From: Patescibacteria group bacterium | Lineage (GTDB): Bacteria; Patescibacteriota; Patescibacteriia; Buchananbacterales; UBA6539 | Length of the DNA: 64,000 nt | Direction: 5' to 3' | Assembly (NCBI GenBank): GCA_034003985.1 | Contig: JAVEXP010000001.1 | Span: 155,347 to 219,346, forward strand | Shown: in pieces, positions 59,163-64,000 of the stretch | Layout of the letters: every line of letters begins with the position of its first letter | Position numbering within the stretch: position 1 is the stretch's first letter | The notes under the pieces: generated by a model | The model's input: only the letters and a program-made list of their open reading frames with translations | Told to the model about the DNA's origin: nothing | Databases searched by the model: none | Made by a program: the position numbers and the translations under genes

Positions 59163-60182
59163 ATGAAAGAAGCAAAACATTATCAAAAGTTGGCAAATAA
59201 TTTAGCGGCTTGTGGACTTTGCAATCATTTTTGCCGGATTGAAAACGGTCGGCGCGGGCTGTGCGGGGTGAGATTGAATTGTGATGGGGTGCTATATACT
59301 TTAGTGTATGATAAAGTCGTGGCGGCCAATATTGATCCGATTGAGAAAAAACCCTTGTATCATTTTTTACCAGGTTCCAAGACATTTTCAATCGCCACGG
59401 TTGGTTGTAATTTTCATTGTGACAACTGTCAGAATGCCGATATTTCCCAGCTACCCAAGGATTCCAATTGGTCGACGAAAGATTTACCCGGTTCTGCTTT
59501 GACACCGGCAGAAATTGTTGAATCAGCTTTGATGTCCGGCTGTCAAAGCATTGCTTATACTTATACCGAACCAACAATTTTTTTTGAGTTGGCCTTGGAT
59601 TGTATGAAATTGGCCAGGTCCAAGGGGCTGAAAAATGTTTGGGTTTCCAACGGGTATACCAGTACGCCAGCTTTAATACAAGCCAGAGATTATCTGGATG
59701 CTGTTAATGTCGATTTAAAATTTTTTAATCGTCAGAGCTATTTAAAAATTGCCGGGGCCAAGCTAGAACCGATTTTGGAAAATTTAAAGTGGTATAAGAC
59801 TAATGGCGTTTGGTTGGAAGTAACAACTCTAATTATCCCCTCCCTCAACGACAATCCGCAGGAGCTAAACAATATCGCCGAATTTATCAGCGGCGAATTA
59901 GGCCAAAATGTCCCTTGGCACATTTCAGTTTTTCATCCGGCTTTCAAATTATTGGATCATCCGGCCACTTCTCGTGATATAATTAATTTAGCTTGGGATA
60001 TTGGCCAGCAAGCCGGGTTGAATTATATTTATGTCGGAAACATTGAAGACCAAAATCGGAGCAACACTTATTGTCCGGGATGTAAAAGTTTGATCGTTCA
60101 GCGTACCGGGTATTTAGTTAAACGGTTTGACGAGGATGGCCAATGTCCAAAATGTCATGCGAAAATTGATTTGATATTATAA
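59163..60182 (+). CDS. amrS: AmmeMemoRadiSam radical SAM enzyme
   Basis: DPIEKKPLYHF.PG, GCNFHCDNCQN, AYTYTEP, YIYVGN. Confidence 0.93.
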   Translation: MKEAKHYQKLANNLAACGLCNHFCRIENGRRGLCGVRLNCDGVLYTLVYDKVVAANIDPIEKKPLYHFLPGSKTFSIATVGCNFHCDNCQNADISQLPKDSNWSTKDLPGSALTPAEIVESALMSGCQSIAYTYTEPTIFFELALDCMKLARSKGLKNVWVSNGYTSTPALIQARDYLDAVNVDLKFFNRQSYLKIAGAKLEPILENLKWYKTNGVWLEVTTLIIPSLNDNPQELNNIAEFISGELGQNVPWHISVFHPAFKLLDHPATSRDIINLAWDIGQQAGLNYIYVGNIEDQNRSNTYCPGCKSLIVQRTGYLVKRFDEDGQCPKCHAKIDLIL

Positions 60183-61520
60183 ATGAAAAAAATATTATAC
60201 CTGATTTTATTTTCTAGCTTGTTGGCCTTGCCCAATTACGCGCGGGCCGATTATTATTTTAATCCTCATTTTGTTATTACTGACGAAGAGATGACGGATT
60301 ATTTGTCCTTGTCATTGGCGCAAATCCAGCGGTTTTTGGAAGACAAAGGAAGTTATTTGGCCGAGTGGTCGGCGCCGGATTACAATGGCGTTACCAGGCC
60401 GGCGGCCGAAATCATTTGGCAGGCCGCCCAGGAGAGCCAAATTAGCCCCAAAGTACTCTTGACGACTTTGCAAAAAGAGCAAAGTTTAATCGGTGATAAA
60501 TCTCCCAGCCAAAATCAATTGGATAAAGCCATGGGCTACCGTTGCCCTGATGGCGGCTCTTGCAATGTTAAGTCTTTGGGATTTGGCAAGCAGGTTGACG
60601 GCGCGGCTTGGCAATTTCGTCAGTATTATAATACGCCAAATACCTGGACTTATCGGATTGGTGAAACCTATATCATCGACGGTTATTGGACGATGCCGGT
60701 TAATCAGGCAACGGCCAGTTTGTATAATTATACTCCTCATTATTCGGGCAATAAAAGATTTTGGGAATTGTGGCAAAAGTATTGGGGTAAAAATTATCCC
60801 GATGGGACATTGCTTAAAGCTGATGACAATCCTGGAGTTTGGTTGATTCAATACGGCACCAGAAGATTAATTAAATCTTGGGGAGTTTTGCTGTCACGAT
60901 TTGACCCTCGTAAAATTATCACCGTCAATAAGACTGATTTGGAAAAGTATGCGGTCGGTCCTGATATCAAGTTTCATAATTATTCATTATTGCGAGTTGA
61001 TAAAAATGATATCTATCTGTTGGTTAATGATGAGTTGCGCCAGATTGTGTCTTTGGATATTTTTAGGAATATCGGTTTTAATCCCGAGGAAATTGAAGAT
61101 GTTGCTTCGGCTGATTTAGCTGGTTATCAGTATGGCGCGGATATTACGGCTCAAACAGCTTATCCAACCGGAGCCTTATTGCAAGATCAAAATACTGGCG
61201 GCGTTTATTTTGTGGAAAACGGTGTCAAATATCCGATCTATTCCAAGGAAATTATGGCTGCTAATTTTCCTGATCGGGTATTGACTGCTGTTGCTCCAGA
61301 GGTGTTAGAAGGCTACCAAACTGGCGTGCCAGTAAAATTCAAGGATGGCGAATTAGTGATGGCCGATGGTGATTCAAAAGTTTTCGTAATTTCCGGCGGT
61401 TACCGTCGCTGGATTAAAACCCAGGCCGGATTTGAAAAATTAGGCTATAAGTGGGATAATATAATTGTGACTTCGGCCAAAGCAATAGCCATTCATTCCT
61501 TGGGCGAAGATATTGACTAA
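60183..61520 (+). CDS. Secreted protein: lysozyme-like N-domain plus CPR repeat modules
   Basis: Signal peptide; ISPKVLL.TLQKEQSL, N.ATASLYNYTPH; repeated PDG.L.K....VY...G.RR modules. Confidence 0.6.
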   Translation: MKKILYLILFSSLLALPNYARADYYFNPHFVITDEEMTDYLSLSLAQIQRFLEDKGSYLAEWSAPDYNGVTRPAAEIIWQAAQESQISPKVLLTTLQKEQSLIGDKSPSQNQLDKAMGYRCPDGGSCNVKSLGFGKQVDGAAWQFRQYYNTPNTWTYRIGETYIIDGYWTMPVNQATASLYNYTPHYSGNKRFWELWQKYWGKNYPDGTLLKADDNPGVWLIQYGTRRLIKSWGVLLSRFDPRKIITVNKTDLEKYAVGPDIKFHNYSLLRVDKNDIYLLVNDELRQIVSLDIFRNIGFNPEEIEDVASADLAGYQYGADITAQTAYPTGALLQDQNTGGVYFVENGVKYPIYSKEIMAANFPDRVLTAVAPEVLEGYQTGVPVKFKDGELVMADGDSKVFVISGGYRRWIKTQAGFEKLGYKWDNIIVTSAKAIAIHSLGEDID

Positions 61521-61533
61521 AATTGGGCCAAAT

Positions 61534-62331
61534 ATGCCAATTGTTTTTTCAGCGATTACGCCGCATCCGCCGATTTTGATTCCCGAAATCGGCAAAGACA
61601 ATTTAGAAAAGATCAAAAAAACTCAGGAAGCAATGAAAACTTTGGAGCAGAATCTTTATGTTGCCAAGCCCGAAAGTATTGTGATCATTTCGCCTCATGG
61701 TCAGGTTTTTGATGATTCTTTTGCCATCAATCTGAATGCCGACTACGCCGCTAATTTTAAGGAGTTTGGCGATTTTAGTTTGGAGCTTAAATTCAAAAGC
61801 GATTATATGTCAATTCAGGAAATCAGAGCAGCTGATGAGAGCCATAAAGAAGCGCCCATTGTTTTAACCAGCGAGCAAGAGATTGATTATGCTTTCTCCG
61901 TACCGCTTTATTATTTAACCCAGCATTTGAAAAATATTCCCATCATTCCCATTACTTATTCGACTTTGGACAATCAGCAGCATTTTGAGTTCGGTCAGTT
62001 TTTGTACCGTCAGCTGGCTAAGATTAATAAGCGGTTTGCAGTGATTGCCTCGGCTGATTTATCACATAAACTTACTCAAGATGCGCCTGGCGGATACTCT
62101 CCTCAGGCTCAAGAATTTGATGAGCAGGTTGTAACTTTGGTAAAGCAAAAAAAATTCGCCGAGTTTTTGAAAATTGATCCGAATTTGGTTGCTCAAGCCG
62201 GTGAAACCGACTTGCGGGCGCTGATTGTTTTAGCCGGGCTGCTTCAGGCTTTGAATGTCAAATCGGAAGTGCTATCTTACGAAGGGCCTTTTGGGGTTGG
62301 CTATCTGGTGGCCAGCTTTCAAATGGTTTAA
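61534..62331 (+). CDS. amrB: AmmeMemoRadiSam protein B (MEMO/LigB-like)
   Basis: PHPP, ISPH, SADLSH, YEGPFGVGY. Confidence 0.85.
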   Translation: MPIVFSAITPHPPILIPEIGKDNLEKIKKTQEAMKTLEQNLYVAKPESIVIISPHGQVFDDSFAINLNADYAANFKEFGDFSLELKFKSDYMSIQEIRAADESHKEAPIVLTSEQEIDYAFSVPLYYLTQHLKNIPIIPITYSTLDNQQHFEFGQFLYRQLAKINKRFAVIASADLSHKLTQDAPGGYSPQAQEFDEQVVTLVKQKKFAEFLKIDPNLVAQAGETDLRALIVLAGLLQALNVKSEVLSYEGPFGVGYLVASFQMV

Positions 62332-62356
62332 CCAGTTTGATCTAGCCATATTTTTT

Positions 62357-62650
62357 TCACCCTTGAGGGGGTGATTTTTTGTTGGAAATAGAATTTTCAA
62401 TCAGTTTGAAAAAATATTTCCATTTTTCGCCGGTTTGGCACAGTTCTTTGGTGTCATTTATTGCCTTTTGAATAATGGCGGGAGAGTTTTTTTTGCATAC
62501 TAAAAAGACGGAGTTTCTTTTAGAACCCGGAACGGCCAGTTCATCAATGATTTTTAAAGCCAAATCCTGCCAGGGGTAAGCCGGCGGTTTAATGATTTTT
62601 TTGGCATTAATAATGTCGCTGAATTTTTGAGGACCTTGGTCAGCTGGCAT
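62357..62650 (-). CDS. Conserved hypothetical protein
   Basis: KPPAYPWQDLAL, DTKEL...WKYFFK. Confidence 0.65.
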   Translation of the reverse strand: MPADQGPQKFSDIINAKKIIKPPAYPWQDLALKIIDELAVPGSKRNSVFLVCKKNSPAIIQKAINDTKELCQTGEKWKYFFKLIENSISNKKSPPQG

Positions 62651-62746
62651 AGTATTGATATTATACCAAATTTAATCAGATTAAAAAAAATCGGCCGAAA
62701 GCGAACTTCCGGCCTAAGATTGCGGGATAGTATAGTGGGTCCGAGA

Positions 62747-62941
62747 TTAGTTCTCGGGATCTATCTCGATTATGGCTTGAATCAAGAGTGGCAATCCCCA
62801 AAACAGGAGGATTAGCCTTTCTTTCAGGGTCAGGCCGGCACTCATGGCCAGAGAGATATTGGCGCCGAAGTAAACCACTGCTGCAAAACCTACAACAATG
62901 GCTACCATGATCAGTAACGAGTAGACGACTATCATTGTCAT
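62747..62941 (-). CDS. Small 2-TM protein
   Basis: SD AGGAGG; ATGA overlap with upstream gene. Confidence 0.6.
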   Translation of the reverse strand: MTMIVVYSLLIMVAIVVGFAAVVYFGANISLAMSAGLTLKERLILLFWGLPLLIQAIIEIDPEN

Positions 62942-63174
62942 GGTTTTTGGTCCTCCTTTTGTTCGTTCGGATCAGGTTTTGCTGGGGTTAGAATCAAAGC
63001 CGCCAATTCAATCAGCACCAGGCTGATTTGGGAGAAAGGCAGCGAAACAATGTCGACCAACTGATCTATTGCCGACTTTCGTCGACAATGATTTCGCCGA
63101 CTTTCGAGGTGGATTCCCACCCCAATCCAGACCAGCCCGGCGAGCGCCAAGGCAGCTAACTTTGCTTCGTTCAT
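62938..63174 (-). CDS. Small membrane protein
   Basis: SD AAGGAG; N-terminal TM. Confidence 0.6.
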   Translation of the reverse strand: MNEAKLAALALAGLVWIGVGIHLESRRNHCRRKSAIDQLVDIVSLPFSQISLVLIELAALILTPAKPDPNEQKEDQKP

Positions 63175-63177
63175 CGG

Positions 63178-63369
63178 TTACTCCTTGGGTTCAGTTTTGC
63201 TGAGCAGAATGGCCAGATACAACAGCAGGTAGTTAACCGGCTCCTCGTGAATTTGCCTCAGGTAAGCCCGCCAGCCGGTTTGACTGCCAAAGTGGCCGGT
63301 TAAGACAACGCCAGTTGCCAGATATAACCCGTAGATTATCCCGGCGCCAATCAGAATGTCAGTAGCCAT
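63178..63369 (-). CDS. Small membrane protein
   Basis: SD AAGGAG; two hydrophobic segments. Confidence 0.6.
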   Translation of the reverse strand: MATDILIGAGIIYGLYLATGVVLTGHFGSQTGWRAYLRQIHEEPVNYLLLYLAILLSKTEPKE

Positions 63370-63383
63370 GGTGGTCTTCTCCT

Positions 63384-63503
63384 TTAGGCGATATCGCCTT
63401 CACAAGGGATGCCGATGAACCATCGAAACAGCCGATACACTGAGACTGAGATTACAAATCCCAGTACGAGCGTTATTATCACGCCAGAAAGCAGTCGTTG
63501 CAT
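63384..63503 (-). CDS. 39-aa single-TM protein
   Basis: MQRLLSGVIITLVLGFVISVSVYRLFRWFIGIPCEGDIA; SD AAGGAGG; not in ORF track. Confidence 0.55.
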   Translation of the reverse strand: MQRLLSGVIITLVLGFVISVSVYRLFRWFIGIPCEGDIA

Positions 63504-63601
63504 GGGTTACCCCTCCTTGTCAAGTTGTTAACATTCCCGTAATTAATTAATTTTAATGGCAAGTTGCTATTTAAGTCAAGTTATCCCCAAAACCGATAGG
63601 T

Positions 63602-63630
63602 TTGACAGAAATATTAATCGGTTATATAAT
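63602..63630 (+). promoter_or_regulatory. Consensus sigma70 promoter
   Basis: TTGACA-17-TATAAT. Confidence 0.8.
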
Positions 63631-63717
63631 TAATTCTTCCCAATGGAATATTCCCCTAGCTTTTGGCAGGGGTTTTCGTTTTTTCTTAAAACTAACATAA
63701 TAAAATAAAAACCAACT

Positions 63718-63855
63718 ATGCCTAAAGTTTTTGATTCCCCAATCGAAGAATTAAAGTTTTATTTAACCATGCAGATTCAGGCTTATCATGAAGAGGATTT
63801 CAAACTTTACGACAGGTTGGAAAGCAAAATTTTGGAAATTGAAAAAAAATTATGA
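63718..63855 (+). CDS. 45-aa UvrB/UvrC-motif-like protein
   Basis: MPKVFDSPIEELKFYLTMQIQAYHEEDFKLYDRLESKILEIEKKL. Confidence 0.5.
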   Translation: MPKVFDSPIEELKFYLTMQIQAYHEEDFKLYDRLESKILEIEKKL

Positions 63856-63890
63856 AAAATTGTTGATTTGTGTTATAATAATTTAAAATT

Positions 63891-64000
63891 ATGACAAAAG
63901 TTTATCCCCTAACGCTTTATCCCGACAAGATCTTGCGTCAATCCAATCGGACAATAAAATTAGAGGAGCTGCCGACCAAGGAGTTTGCGCAGCTACTTTT
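63891..64000 (+). CDS. def: Peptide deformylase, 5' fragment (runs off the window)
   Basis: LYPDKILRQ...I...EL.T.EF..L resembles the Def N-terminus. Confidence 0.6.
   Translation, partial: MTKVYPLTLYPDKILRQSNRTIKLEELPTKEFAQLL

Noticed and set aside
1297-61119. Numerous antisense or overlapping short ORFs in the track
   Set aside because: Shadows of well-supported genes.
1-64000. CRISPR array, tRNA/rRNA, IS or prophage
   Set aside because: No spaced direct repeats, tRNA cloverleaf motifs, transposase, integrase or phage structural genes were seen by eye.

Overview
This looks like a chromosomal window from a Patescibacteria/CPR bacterium (probably Parcubacteria/ABY1-like). The assignment is inferred from gene content, tandem gpmI, CPR-type GT2 and hypothetical families, and AT-rich starts without Shine-Dalgarno (SD) motifs. 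Genes run almost all on + up to 52.3 kb. In order, the window holds: a Cys-rich micropeptide; a ~550-nt ORF-poor, highly structured RNA-like element; a TrpR/YerC regulator, leader-peptide attenuator, hisI and hisG; a group 3b-type [NiFe]-hydrogenase cluster with degenerate HypC/HypA, DUF6390 and no hypBDEF in the window; lower glycolysis (pgk, eno, gpmI x2); GT2 genes; mreB; holB; frr-rseP-proS; mreBCD-mrdA; a FadL-like beta-barrel divergent from a PhcB-like methyltransferase followed by a 7TM kinase and receiver; greA, lysS, serS, alr, ddl and ftsQ-like; an ATP-cone nuclease; a palindrome-rich gap with a dif-like site; sdpRI; an M23 peptidase; gltX; AmmeMemoRadiSam genes; small membrane proteins; and the start of def. 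No rRNA, tRNA, CRISPR array or transposase was recognised. All calls come from motif reading by eye and no database searches were run.
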